DNA from: Candidatus Bathyarchaeota archaeon
GTDB taxonomy: Archaea; Thermoproteota; Bathyarchaeia; Bathyarchaeales; Bathycorpusculaceae
Assembly (NCBI GenBank): GCA_963833575.1
Contig: CAWHXY010000008.1
Location: forward strand, 139,379-203,378
DNA length: 64,000 nucleotides
Reading direction: 5' to 3'
Shown here: piece after piece, positions 39,360-49,567 of the stretch
Layout: every line of letters starts with the position of its first letter
Position numbering within the stretch: the stretch's first letter is position 1
Position numbers and translations under genes: made by a program
The notes under the pieces: model-generated
Databases searched by the model: none
What the model saw: only the letters and a program-made list of their open reading frames with translations
What the model was told of the DNA's origin: nothing

Positions 39360-39780
39360 GCAATCTTTCCTGAGCCAACTCAAACAATCTTTTAAAATCT
39401 ATTTCATCGAAGCTTTTTCCTGTACCTATTGTTGGGCATTCAGTTGTAAAACTGAAAACGTGCAAAACTTTGTCGTCGTCAAATTTTAGTTCAAAAGGAT
39501 AAAACATACAAATTAACGGTCTTAGCTGGTAGATTATACATAGATTTTCTTTTAGGAAAACACATTTGCCTTCGATTGTTTTTTTCATTTCATAACAATA
39601 CGGAAGTTTATCGTTTATTTTCATAGAGAAATCAGTTACTATGCTCGAAGTTTGTGAAGCTATTCGTTTTGCTTCCGAATCTAAGAGAAGAATATGTCTT
39701 GACTTTTGATTCGTGTCTCCGCAACATAAGCCGCATCGGTTGCATTCGAATCGCATGTTAACTGGGTATATGAATTCCAC
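39322..39780 (-). CDS. YkgJ family cysteine-cluster protein
   Basis: C..CG.CC, CVFL, C.IY..RP.IC..YPF. Confidence 0.88.
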   Translation of the reverse strand: MEFIYPVNMRFECNRCGLCCGDTNQKSRHILLLDSEAKRIASQTSSIVTDFSMKINDKLPYCYEMKKTIEGKCVFLKENLCIIYQLRPLICMFYPFELKFDDDKVLHVFSFTTECPTIGTGKSFDEIDFKRLFELAQERLLRVGGEHQVVPK

Positions 39781-39831
39781 TTTTACTCAACGACTAATGT
39801 TGAAGCAAGAGGCATAGAAAAAACTTCGCTA

Positions 39832-40161
39832 TCACTTTTTGATTTCTTCAGGCTGTTTAACGCGGTGTCCCTCCCCATACTGAAATGGGCGATTAAGGTT
39901 TTTCTCAAGTTTCTTTTTGAACACTTCGTCCATGTTCATGTTTGGGCAGGCTAAACGGCTTGCATCCAAAATGTAAAATATCACATCAATAAGCTCTTCT
40001 GCTATTTTCTCTTGCGGTAAACCTTTTTTCCAAGCATCACTGGCTTCGCCAAGTTCTATGAAGGCAAAAAGCAATTTCTTAGGAATGTCTTCAGGTTTGT
40101 TGTAGAAACCTTTGGCTAGTACAAGAACTTCAATTTCCTTTTTCATCTCTTCCAATTGCAA
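39832..40161 (-). CDS. MazG-like nucleotide pyrophosphohydrolase
   Basis: IELGEA, EELIDV, K.EKN..R. Confidence 0.85.
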   Translation of the reverse strand: MQLEEMKKEIEVLVLAKGFYNKPEDIPKKLLFAFIELGEASDAWKKGLPQEKIAEELIDVIFYILDASRLACPNMNMDEVFKKKLEKNLNRPFQYGEGHRVKQPEEIKK

Positions 40162-40335
40162 TATTATTTACCTCTCAGGCTTCAAAATATGGCTCCATAG
40201 ATATTTAGCTCTTAGTTTTTCATAACTCACTGACACGTCATACTTAGAACCCGCAAGCTATGTGATTACATTATCACAACCACAAATTTTTATTTCTCAA
40301 TTAATCTCCTAACATACTGTCAACAAACATTATGA

Positions 40336-40460
40336 GTCGTTTGGTAGGCAAACCTGCTGCCATGATATGGCTCCGTTCCTAATTTGCACTATGGGGCTTA
40401 GGCTCCCAAATGTGTATTTCTGGGCATCCTCTTAGGTAGCTTGAATGCCTGCCAGACGGC
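40336..40460 (+). ncRNA. candidate stand-alone structured RNA
   Basis: 15-bp closing stem with 3 G-U pairs on + strand, internal stems, GC-rich island between genes. Confidence 0.5.
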
Positions 40461-40515
40461 ACCTCGCATTAACCCAAATTTTGAATAGCTTTTTCATATT
40501 AATTAATTGGGAAAG

Positions 40516-41757
40516 CTAGTTTTTTGGTTTGAGCAGAACTGTTGAAAAACAATCTTCGTCAAGGTAGGTATTTGCAGCCTCAATTATGTTTTCACTTGAG
40601 ACGGCTTTGAGTTTAGCTATGTAATTCACCAGTGATTTTTCGCTCTTAAATTGTATTTCCATATAAGCAAGAATGTCCGAGGATTGTTGAGGATTGTCCA
40701 TTCCTCTAAGAATATCGGCTATGATCAGGTTTTTGCTTCTTTCGATTTCCTCGACGGGTACCTTTTCTAATCTCAACTTGGATAATTCCTTAGTGATTAA
40801 ATCCTTGGCTTTGACCAAATTTTTGTTTTTTACAGCGCAGTTAACGTTGAAATAACCCCAATCTAAACCCATATTATGGTCCGAATTAACATCGTAGGTT
40901 AACGCATTCTTCTCCCTTAGTTCTATAAATAACCGTGAACCAGCGCCTCCACTTAATATTGCGCTGATCAAATCTAGCGTGGGTCCATCTTTATGACTTG
41001 TGCAAACTGTTCGTGCACCTTTACTTAGGTAGGTTTGAGATATTCCAGCTTTCTTCTCTACAACTAGAGGTTTAGGCTTTCCAGATTCTACAGGATTCAT
41101 ATTTCCTGAAGGCGTTTTATCAACTGTTTTGCACTCAAACATCTTCAGAACTTCTTTGGCGGCTTTTTCAGAGAAATTTCCGGTTAATATCAATATCATA
41201 TTTTGAGGAACGTAGTTCATTTCGTGCGCATTGCTCAAATGGTTCAAGGTTAGTCGCTTTATGGTTTTCGGGAAACCCCCAACCGGGTGCTTTATTGGAT
41301 GCACTTTAAACAAACTCTTAAGCAGCAATTCTTCAACTTTTTCTGTTGGGTCATCTGAGGCTTCGCAAAGTTCATTGAGAATTATTTTGCGCTCTCGATT
41401 AAATTTTTCTTCTTCAAAACATTTGTCAAAAAGTAGATCTGAAATGATATGAGACCCTTCAGCCACTGCCTCAGGTAGTGTATTAATTGTTGTCATCATG
41501 TACTCGCGTTCTGTGTAAAAATCTAAGATTCCACCAGAGTTCTCAATATTCCTAGAGAGGTGAATACGTCTGGCTGAACCTCCAGCAACCATGTGCTCAA
41601 GAAAATGGGCGGATCCAGCAATTTCCTCTGGCTCGTGATTTGATCCATATTTAACAGCGACAGATAACTGTGTAGTATTTGCAGATTCCCGTGGAAAAAG
41701 TAGCACTCTTAAACCATTTGAAAGTATGTTTCTGCGCCAAAACATGGCAGTAGTCAT
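40516..41757 (-). CDS. M16 family zinc peptidase
   Basis: AHFLEHM (HXXEH), SRLF.ELREK..L.Y. Confidence 0.92.
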   Translation of the reverse strand: MTTAMFWRRNILSNGLRVLLFPRESANTTQLSVAVKYGSNHEPEEIAGSAHFLEHMVAGGSARRIHLSRNIENSGGILDFYTEREYMMTTINTLPEAVAEGSHIISDLLFDKCFEEEKFNRERKIILNELCEASDDPTEKVEELLLKSLFKVHPIKHPVGGFPKTIKRLTLNHLSNAHEMNYVPQNMILILTGNFSEKAAKEVLKMFECKTVDKTPSGNMNPVESGKPKPLVVEKKAGISQTYLSKGARTVCTSHKDGPTLDLISAILSGGAGSRLFIELREKNALTYDVNSDHNMGLDWGYFNVNCAVKNKNLVKAKDLITKELSKLRLEKVPVEEIERSKNLIIADILRGMDNPQQSSDILAYMEIQFKSEKSLVNYIAKLKAVSSENIIEAANTYLDEDCFSTVLLKPKN

Positions 41758-41962
41758 ATCTCAAATCAAACAGGCGCTTCTAAAAAACGTTGACGCCAAA
41801 AACCGTAGGACGATTGTTTCGCAGCTACTCTTCTAATTAAAAGTTCTTAAGAAGATGTTTTAACAAATATAAGATTTGAGAGTTATGTTTTTTGATGAAA
41901 AGAGCAAAAACCTAGATCTATTAAATCAAGAAACAAGAAAATGTAAAAAAGATCATTCTCCG

Positions 41963-42310
41963 CTAGTTTTGTTCTCTTTCCAAATGGAAATGATGCAGAA
42001 ATCTGTGGAAGATTGGAGCAGCAAAAATCGCTACAGCAACCAAAACAACTAATCCACAGTAAAGAGCGTATATGCCTGCGAATATTTTACTTGCATCCGT
42101 TTGCAAAACGCCTACTGGACCCATTCCACCCATTAACATGGCAGCGTTTAAGAAAGAATCAACCCATGAGTAGCCTGCAAAGACATAGTAACCAATCATT
42201 CCGATCAATAGCGAAACGATGATGAGGCTGAGAGAAATCAATGCATACTTGGCTAAACGCCTGAGAAATGCTCTTCTTGGCAAAAGCTTTTCGTGGTGAT
42301 GTTCAAACAT
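41963..42310 (-). CDS. small 2-TM protein resembling a K+-channel pore module
   Basis: TM - WVDSFLNAAMLMGGMG - KIFAG.Y TM. Confidence 0.6.
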   Translation of the reverse strand: MFEHHHEKLLPRRAFLRRLAKYALISLSLIIVSLLIGMIGYYVFAGYSWVDSFLNAAMLMGGMGPVGVLQTDASKIFAGIYALYCGLVVLVAVAIFAAPIFHRFLHHFHLEREQN

Positions 42311-42419
42311 TTTAACTTGACCCTTACTTGGTCAGCTATTTACAGTAACATTTAAAAACAGTTTCGGTTAAGCAAACTTTTAATCCGATACCAACAATGA
42401 AGCTTAAAGCTGATTCATA

Positions 42420-42686
42420 ATGACTAGAGTAAAGTGCAAGAAATGCTCCGCAGTATTTGAACAAGGTTTGAGCGGAGCAGCTTTAATGCCACATGTAGGT
42501 CCGCTACACTATGTTAAATGTCCTTCCTGTGAAAAAAGAAGTTGGCTAAACGTCTATTCATCGGTTAAAGATCCAGTAACTTGGCCTCCTGAAGAAAAAC
42601 AGCCAGTGCAGACTGCCCAGCCCTCGCTGTCTGAGGACGAACTGGAGAAGAAGCGTATAGAAGAATCCAAATACGAAAGATCCTAA
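42420..42686 (+). CDS. zinc-ribbon protein
   Basis: CKKC...CPSC. Confidence 0.75.
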   Translation: MTRVKCKKCSAVFEQGLSGAALMPHVGPLHYVKCPSCEKRSWLNVYSSVKDPVTWPPEEKQPVQTAQPSLSEDELEKKRIEESKYERS

Positions 42687-42713
42687 ATCCGATTAAACGC
42701 CGGAGATGATTGC

Positions 42714-43643
42714 ATGATTGATACTGAAAACCTAACCCGAAAATTCGGCAACCTAACAGCTGTAGATAATGTCACACTACACGTTGAAGAAGGCGAGGTT
42801 TTCGGTTTTCTAGGACCCAACGGAGCCGGCAAAACTACCACTGTCCGCATGCTTTGTTGCCTAATTGGAAAAACCAGCGGACAAGCAAGAATCGGCGAAT
42901 ACTCAGTGGACAATGAATCTGATTGCCTCAAAATCAGAAAAATTGTAGGTTTTTTACCTGAAAACGTGGGATTATATGATAGTTTAAGCGCTTACAGAAA
43001 CCTGGACTTTTACGGAAAACTCTATGAGGTGCCAGACCAAAAGCGCCAAGAAAACATTGGACGACTTCTTAAACTGCTGGGAATTTGGGAGCGCCGAGAA
43101 GATGCAGTCGGCACATTCAGCAAGGGAACCAAACAGAAAATTGCTATTGCAAGAGCCCTAATTCATGAACCACAAGTACTGTTTTTAGACGAGCCAACAG
43201 CGAACCTTGACCCAGAAGCCGCAAAAACCGTAAGAGACTTCATTTTAGACCTTAAAAAAGAAAGAACAACCATCTTTCTTAACACCCATAATTTAGATGA
43301 GGCAGAACGCCTTTGTGACCGCATCGCAATTTTAAAGGGCAAACTTATCGCGGTTGATTCTCCCAAGAACTTGGAGCACAGCCTCTATAACAGGAAGACT
43401 ATTGTCCATTTAGAAAGCGTTACAGATGACGTTGTTGCTGCTGTCAAGCAGTTGGCTGCAGTTAAAAACTTTAGAGTGAGCGATAACAAGTTGATTCTTG
43501 ACATTGATAATCCTGAACAGGAAAACCCTGATGTTGTCAAATCAATCGTGCAAGCAGGCGGGAACATCCAATACGTTACGGAGTTGCGTTCCACGCTTGA
43601 GGATGTTTATTTAAAATTGATTCGGGAGGCATCACAAAAATGA
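42714..43643 (+). CDS. ABC transporter ATP-binding protein
   Basis: GPNGAGKTT, FSKG, LDEP. Confidence 0.95.
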   Translation: MIDTENLTRKFGNLTAVDNVTLHVEEGEVFGFLGPNGAGKTTTVRMLCCLIGKTSGQARIGEYSVDNESDCLKIRKIVGFLPENVGLYDSLSAYRNLDFYGKLYEVPDQKRQENIGRLLKLLGIWERREDAVGTFSKGTKQKIAIARALIHEPQVLFLDEPTANLDPEAAKTVRDFILDLKKERTTIFLNTHNLDEAERLCDRIAILKGKLIAVDSPKNLEHSLYNRKTIVHLESVTDDVVAAVKQLAAVKNFRVSDNKLILDIDNPEQENPDVVKSIVQAGGNIQYVTELRSTLEDVYLKLIREASQK

Positions 43644-44395
43644 GATTATGGAAGTCATGGATTGTAACGCAAAAAGACCTTAGCGTTTTCAAGAAAAACA
43701 AGTATGTGCTTTATTCCCTAGTTGCCATGCCCGTGATAATGGGTGTCGTGCTACCCGTGATTTTTATTTTTGCCTTGAACGCACAAATTTCGTCCCCCCT
43801 CGTAACGGCTACTATGGCCTTGGCTGCGGCTAACCAAATTGTGAACATTGCCACAATGTACCTAGTACTTATCGCCTCAATTCTCCCCTCCATTATCGCT
43901 TCTTACAGTTTTGTCGGAGAAAAAATCGAGAAAAGTCTTGAGCCCTTATTAGCAACTCCCACAACTGACGGCGAATTATTACTTGGCAAAAGTCTAGCCG
44001 CTTTCATTCCATGTATAGCCGTAACTTATCTTGGCGCAGCAATCTCTGCCCCAATCATAGATTACTGGTCCTACACAAGACTAGGTCTTATCTTAATCCC
44101 CAACCTCTACTGGATTTTGGTAATAGGTGTAATAGCACCCCTTTCATGCATAATGAGCGTTGAAGCCAACATAATTGTGTCTTCAAAAGTGAACGACATC
44201 CGAGCGGCTCAACAGTTAGGCGGGTTGGTTGTGCTACCGTTAGTTTTCATTGTGATTTTTGCTTCAACCAGCGCTCAACTCTCCATATGGCTTGCTATTG
44301 CGGTCTCAGTTGCCCTAGCTGTTGCAGACGTCGCGCTGTTTTATTTGAGTAAAAAAACCTTCCAAAGAGAAGAAATACTGACAAAGTGGAAATAA
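43640..44395 (+). CDS. ABC-2 type permease
   Basis: SFVGEK...LEPLLATP, LLGK. Confidence 0.88.
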   Translation: MRLWKSWIVTQKDLSVFKKNKYVLYSLVAMPVIMGVVLPVIFIFALNAQISSPLVTATMALAAANQIVNIATMYLVLIASILPSIIASYSFVGEKIEKSLEPLLATPTTDGELLLGKSLAAFIPCIAVTYLGAAISAPIIDYWSYTRLGLILIPNLYWILVIGVIAPLSCIMSVEANIIVSSKVNDIRAAQQLGGLVVLPLVFIVIFASTSAQLSIWLAIAVSVALAVADVALFYLSKKTFQREEILTKWK

Positions 44396-44464
44396 CTCTA
44401 TACCCATCCAAGATAACTTAAGAGATTTCACTCGTTTTCCATATTTTATCATTTTGTCTTTCGA

Positions 44465-45178
44465 TTACGATCCTTTCTTTACTTCTCTGTCCTCTTCCGG
44501 GTAATGGCTACTATCACAAAACGGTTTATTTGTCGACTTTCCACAACGGCAAAGGGTCACGCGATTTCGTACCTCGTAAAGATTTCCGTCCGCTGAATAG
44601 ATTGGTATTCCTCCGCGAATCCAAAATGGTCCACCGGTTCCTATGGCCGGGTCCTCAATTGCACAGATAGATTTCTTTAAAACAGGTTCAATCGTTACGT
44701 CGGTTTTTTTATCTGTAACCACAAGCCTGCCTGAGGGGCAATCGCAACTATTCTCAATTACGTTTTTCTTAGCTTCAGGTTCGTTTGATCTCTGCACTAC
44801 ATCCCAAACGTCTCCACCCCGATGACAAAAACGTGCAGACGCACAAAGAATCTCAGCATCCTTCAAGAGCAATTCTGGACTATCAATCTCTTTCGCCATT
44901 TTATCAAAAGGTTCATTATCACTCATTTCTGTCCCGTCAAAACTAATTTTTGCATGTGTGCCATCACAAAATGGTTTATTATTGGATTCGCCACACCTGC
45001 ACAAGGCATAGTTTTCAGAGGTTTTCAGCTCTTCTCCGACAACCCATCTGGCTGGTATTCCCTGATTGTTACATTCTATTGTGGCAACCATCAAAGGAAT
45101 TCCGCCTAAACATATGTATGGACCGTTTTTTGTTACTTTTATTTTGCAGTCTTCTTTAGCGCCTAAACTTCCTGACAA
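44465..45178 (-). CDS. CDGSH iron-sulfur domain protein (two CDGSH + divergent ferredoxin-like domain)
   Basis: LCRCG.S.NKPFCDGTH / CDSSH; C....FC, CPSG.L. Confidence 0.9.
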   Translation of the reverse strand: MSGSLGAKEDCKIKVTKNGPYICLGGIPLMVATIECNNQGIPARWVVGEELKTSENYALCRCGESNNKPFCDGTHAKISFDGTEMSDNEPFDKMAKEIDSPELLLKDAEILCASARFCHRGGDVWDVVQRSNEPEAKKNVIENSCDCPSGRLVVTDKKTDVTIEPVLKKSICAIEDPAIGTGGPFWIRGGIPIYSADGNLYEVRNRVTLCRCGKSTNKPFCDSSHYPEEDREVKKGS

Positions 45179-45467
45179 AATCTTTACCCACTTTTACTGA
45201 ATTGAGAAGATAGTAATAAGCTTGCTTTTGCTTTACACACGCATATATAGAATATGTTTCGACAATTTACTTGATGCAGTCCTCAAATTTACATTTGCTC
45301 AACATATTGCTCGAAAAGGAATGGGTCTTAAAGCAATCTTCGATTGTCCACACAAACAGCTCATACTCCGACTGTTGTTTACATTAACAGGCGTTTGAAT
45401 GCAGCTATGTTTATATATAGCTTGTTTGCCTAAACAAACGTTAAATAAATCAGGATGTGAGACTTGT

Positions 45468-45941
45468 TTGGGCGTAAAATCTAAGGAAAGCCCAATAAAG
45501 AAAGTAGACGACATTGATCTCAAAATTATTCGAACACTGGAAGAAGATTCGCGAGTAAGTTTGCGTAAACTAGCTCAAAAGCTTGGTTTGACCCCCAATA
45601 TTTTGAATAATCGAATCAAAAGTTTGGAACAAGGAGGCGTTATTAGAGGTTACACACCAATCGTAGATGCCACGAAAATGGGCTATATGCTAACCGCTAT
45701 TATAATGATTCAAGTTGAAGGAGATCACATGGTTGAAGTCGAAAATGAAATAGCCAAAGAAAACAACGTTCTCTCAGTCTACGACATAACTGGAGAATAT
45801 GACGCGATCGTCTTCGCAAAATTCCGAGATAACGCTAGTCTAAATGCTTTTTTAAAGAAATTACTTACTGAACGCTACATCAAAAGAACTACTACTTTGG
45901 TTGCCCTTAACGCCATAAAGGAATTTAGCAAAATAATTTAA
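45468..45941 (+). CDS. Lrp/AsnC family transcriptional regulator
   Basis: DDIDLKII..L.EDSR, LEQGGVIRGY, YDITGEYD; start inferred. Confidence 0.9.
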   Translation: MGVKSKESPIKKVDDIDLKIIRTLEEDSRVSLRKLAQKLGLTPNILNNRIKSLEQGGVIRGYTPIVDATKMGYMLTAIIMIQVEGDHMVEVENEIAKENNVLSVYDITGEYDAIVFAKFRDNASLNAFLKKLLTERYIKRTTTLVALNAIKEFSKII

Positions 45942-46061
45942 TCCAAGATTTTTCGCATCCAACATCTATAGTATTACCTGTCGAAGTTGCTAAAATAAAA
46001 AAACAGAACTGCAAATTTTAATAGCCTTCAACAAGTACTCTATCTTGAAATCAAGGGAAGG

Positions 46062-46742
46062 GTGTTTGGGTTGAAAAGGTTCAAAGGTATCTTGGTAGTA
46101 GGAGAAAGAAACATTTTCTCCGACCTCACACAAATCTTTGGCATCGCCATGGAAGCTAACACAATTTTATCAAACATGTTTAAAATGGGCTATGAAGAAA
46201 AAGGATTAACCGAATCCATGCATGCAATGCAGTTGCTTGAAAAAAAATCTGATGAAATAGCCTTCAAAATAAGTGAAGATATCACAAGTGGCGCTATTAG
46301 CCCCAACATAATAGACAACCTTCTCGAAAGTGTGCAAACGGCTGACGACATAGTTGACACATACTATTACCTTAGCAGAGAACTAAACCGAATGGCAAGA
46401 GCATATTCAGCGGGCTTCCAAGAACACCATACTGATTGGGACTCTGTTTATGCAAATATTCTTGCCCTCGCAGAAAAATCCCTCCTAAAACTCAAACAGG
46501 CACTTTCCACATCCGATATGTCAGAAATTTTGCGGACGAGAAAAGAAATTGAAGACATTGAAGAACAAGGTGACGACATAAAGGATCAGGGATTTGATAG
46601 GCTTTACAGTTTCGCGCCGAAGTTGAACTTTCTAGAATTTTACCACTACCAGGAGCTTTTGCATAAATGTGACGATATTCTTGATTCATGCGAAGACTTC
46701 TCCGACCTTATTGTATCAGTCGTTACTTCAATCCTCAAGTGA
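46062..46742 (+). CDS. DUF47/PhoU-like phosphate transport regulator
   Basis: E...D / D...D repeats; upstream of PiT. Confidence 0.85.
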   Translation: MFGLKRFKGILVVGERNIFSDLTQIFGIAMEANTILSNMFKMGYEEKGLTESMHAMQLLEKKSDEIAFKISEDITSGAISPNIIDNLLESVQTADDIVDTYYYLSRELNRMARAYSAGFQEHHTDWDSVYANILALAEKSLLKLKQALSTSDMSEILRTRKEIEDIEEQGDDIKDQGFDRLYSFAPKLNFLEFYHYQELLHKCDDILDSCEDFSDLIVSVVTSILK

Positions 46743-46749
46743 CATCAGA

Positions 46750-47664
46750 ATGCTGTGGCTCTCAATTGCAGTTTTTATATTAACCTTTATTGCTGTCATG
46801 TTAGTTTCAGGAAACAACCTGTCAGCCTGTGTCGGTCCCGCCATAGGCTCAAGAATCATAAGTAAACGATTCGGCATACTTCTTGGCGCATTAGGTTTTT
46901 CGTTTGGACTCATTGTCCAAGGTGCAGGAATGACTAAAACTGTAAATACACTACTGCCAAATGGGCTTCTACAGTTTCGAGCAGAAGCTTTGCTGGTGGC
47001 AATAATAATTTTTGTTATTGCCGACTTAATTAGAGCGCCGATTTCTCTTAGTATGTCACTAGTCGGGTTATTTGCCGGTCTATCCATTGCAACTGGTGTT
47101 TTCACAAACGGCATTTATGTGACTGAAGTGGTTGCCATGTGGGTTGCGGCGCCCTTAATCGCTATAGTTTTTGCATTTTATCTTATCAGGACAATTAATA
47201 GGACTACGCCAAAAAATGTTTGGCAAAGGTTACAGACTTACAAGATTTTGCTTATTATTTTAGCGTTTTCTACGTCATATGTTCTAGGGGCAAATACTCT
47301 TGGGTTAATTGTTGCTACAGGAGGTTTTGATTTAACAACTGTTCTACTGGCAATTATTGCAATATTTATCGGGGCATTTTATTTGAGTGCTGGAGAAATT
47401 CGCAGAGTTTCGCAAGAGCTCTTTCTAATGAGGTACCCAAACGCTATGACTACGCTTTTGACTTCAACGGTTCTTGTTGAGGCAGCTACAATTTTTAATA
47501 TTCCACTTTCAAACACTCAAGCTCTGTCTGCAGCGGTTTTAGGAACAGGAATCTCTTACAGATCCAAGTTTGTTTCACTTAAACCATTCATAGTGATAGT
47601 TTTGAGCTGGATAGTTGCGCCTTTGCTAAGTTTTGCAATTGGGTTGTTTATAGGTTCCATTTAG
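46750..47664 (+). CDS. inorganic phosphate transporter (PiT family)
   Basis: SGNN, P.SLS, GANT, P.S.TQ, W..AP. Confidence 0.85.
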   Translation: MLWLSIAVFILTFIAVMLVSGNNLSACVGPAIGSRIISKRFGILLGALGFSFGLIVQGAGMTKTVNTLLPNGLLQFRAEALLVAIIIFVIADLIRAPISLSMSLVGLFAGLSIATGVFTNGIYVTEVVAMWVAAPLIAIVFAFYLIRTINRTTPKNVWQRLQTYKILLIILAFSTSYVLGANTLGLIVATGGFDLTTVLLAIIAIFIGAFYLSAGEIRRVSQELFLMRYPNAMTTLLTSTVLVEAATIFNIPLSNTQALSAAVLGTGISYRSKFVSLKPFIVIVLSWIVAPLLSFAIGLFIGSI

Positions 47665-47941
47665 TCACTAAATTGTTTTGATTGTGTTTTGCTAAATCGC
47701 CCATTTTAAATGTTCAACATATCAGGGTTTTACTGTAAAATAGTCCAATTTATCATAAAAGTTATGAACATTTATTAACTATCTTTATATTTGTCTGGAC
47801 ATATCAATTGGTAAAATTAAGTTGGTGTTACTATTGAAAAAAGATTCCAAAATCAGAAGAAACATTGAAGAACTGATCATTTTGGACGCTCGAGGACAGC
47901 CACACAGCATCTTCCAAAAAAGAATTCCGGGGGCAAATTAA

Positions 47942-49447
47942 ATGGCAACTAACCAGCAAAACGCAACCGGACCCCAGATGAAAAAAACTCTAAGCCTCTC
48001 AGGGCTAACGATAAACGCCATGGCATTAATCGCTCCAGGCGCTTTCCTCTGGCTTACTTTCCAATTACAAGCTGCACAGGTAGACCCTTCAGGAGTCTCT
48101 ACAGCTCCAGACATATGGACTGGTCTGGCCCTAGCATTGGTATTGTCTTTCTTGACTGCCGCTTCCTACTCATATCTATCCCGCCGCTATCCAGACGCTG
48201 GCGCAGGCAGCTCATACTACTTTGCTCAACGCGCTTTGCTCGACCGAGGCAGCAGCAACAAAACAGCCCGAAGCGCAAAGTTCTATGTTGGATGGCTCTC
48301 ACACCTTTACTACTGGGTGTACCCAGGTGTCATGGTGGGAATGATGGGATTCTTCATAACATACATTCTGTCAACAGTCGGCATAGTCATAACTCCGCTA
48401 ACTGAAGTTGCAATTGTAGTTGTGTTCGCTGTTCTCGTAGGCTTAATAGCATTCCGAGGAATCAACGGCTCCACCCGAACCAACCTTATGATCAACATCG
48501 CGCAGATCGGCATGCTAGTCGGCGTAACAGCTCTCGCACTTGCATATCGCTTCATAAACCCGGATCATTTGACGTACACCTTCGCGAACCCTGCTGGCCC
48601 ACTAATACCAAGCAGTGCAAGCCACATGCTCTTTCAGGCAACCATCGCGATACTTGTCTTAGTCGGCTTCGAATCCGTAACCGCATTTACTGGTGAAGCG
48701 AAGAACCCCAAAGACGTCCCAAAAGCAATTATGCTTTCGCTCGTCATTCAGGGCGCCTTCTGCTATTTGTTGGGATTCTATGGAGTGCAAGCATGGATGA
48801 ACTCACACTATTCATTTGCAGCGGCCGCAGCTTCCAACTCTCCAATAGGCGATATGATAATTCAATCGGTTAACGGATTATTTGGTGGAGGCGGCTTCAT
48901 TGTAATGCTGGTCGTTGCTGCGATTGTTGCAACAGCGATATTGGGCACAACTTTATCCTGCATGAACACAGGTGTAAGAGTAACATATGCTATCAGCCGC
49001 GACACCGAAGTTCCAGAACCACTCGGAAAACTCAACCCCAGATACGGTACTCCTGCCATCGGCGTATGGGTAATGACAATCGTTACAGCTGGAATAGGCG
49101 CATTCGCAGTCCTGTCCCTAACAAACCTAACCGCTATGACACTACTATCCAACTTCGGAACATTCCTACTCTACGGTGTAACTTGCATTATAGCACTCTA
49201 CGCACTGGCTCGAGAAAAACGCTCAATACTAACCAAATACATAATTCCAATCGCAGGCTTTGCAGCAAACGTCGTCATGCTAATCACAGTCGTCTGGCTT
49301 GGAGTCATAGGTGGAGGCGCTACTCAAACTGCAGCTCTAATGGCATTAATAATAACTGCAATATGGCTCGCGGCAGGATTCGGATACTTCGCACTAAACT
49401 CACGAAGCAAGGAATCAAGAATACTACCATTCCCAGGTGGCAAATAG
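47942..49447 (+). CDS. APC family permease
   Basis: ~12 TM, GSSY, VGFES, EAKNP..VP.A. Confidence 0.9.
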   Translation: MATNQQNATGPQMKKTLSLSGLTINAMALIAPGAFLWLTFQLQAAQVDPSGVSTAPDIWTGLALALVLSFLTAASYSYLSRRYPDAGAGSSYYFAQRALLDRGSSNKTARSAKFYVGWLSHLYYWVYPGVMVGMMGFFITYILSTVGIVITPLTEVAIVVVFAVLVGLIAFRGINGSTRTNLMINIAQIGMLVGVTALALAYRFINPDHLTYTFANPAGPLIPSSASHMLFQATIAILVLVGFESVTAFTGEAKNPKDVPKAIMLSLVIQGAFCYLLGFYGVQAWMNSHYSFAAAAASNSPIGDMIIQSVNGLFGGGGFIVMLVVAAIVATAILGTTLSCMNTGVRVTYAISRDTEVPEPLGKLNPRYGTPAIGVWVMTIVTAGIGAFAVLSLTNLTAMTLLSNFGTFLLYGVTCIIALYALAREKRSILTKYIIPIAGFAANVVMLITVVWLGVIGGGATQTAALMALIITAIWLAAGFGYFALNSRSKESRILPFPGGK

Positions 49448-49567
49448 ACGTATCTAACATGAAATCCTAAAAGCAAACCAACAGAATGTGGCTCGCTTTA
49501 AATCTCCAAACCTTTTTTATTGGGCTATCTTAAAATACATTCTTTGAATATTTTAGTCGGGAAAATT

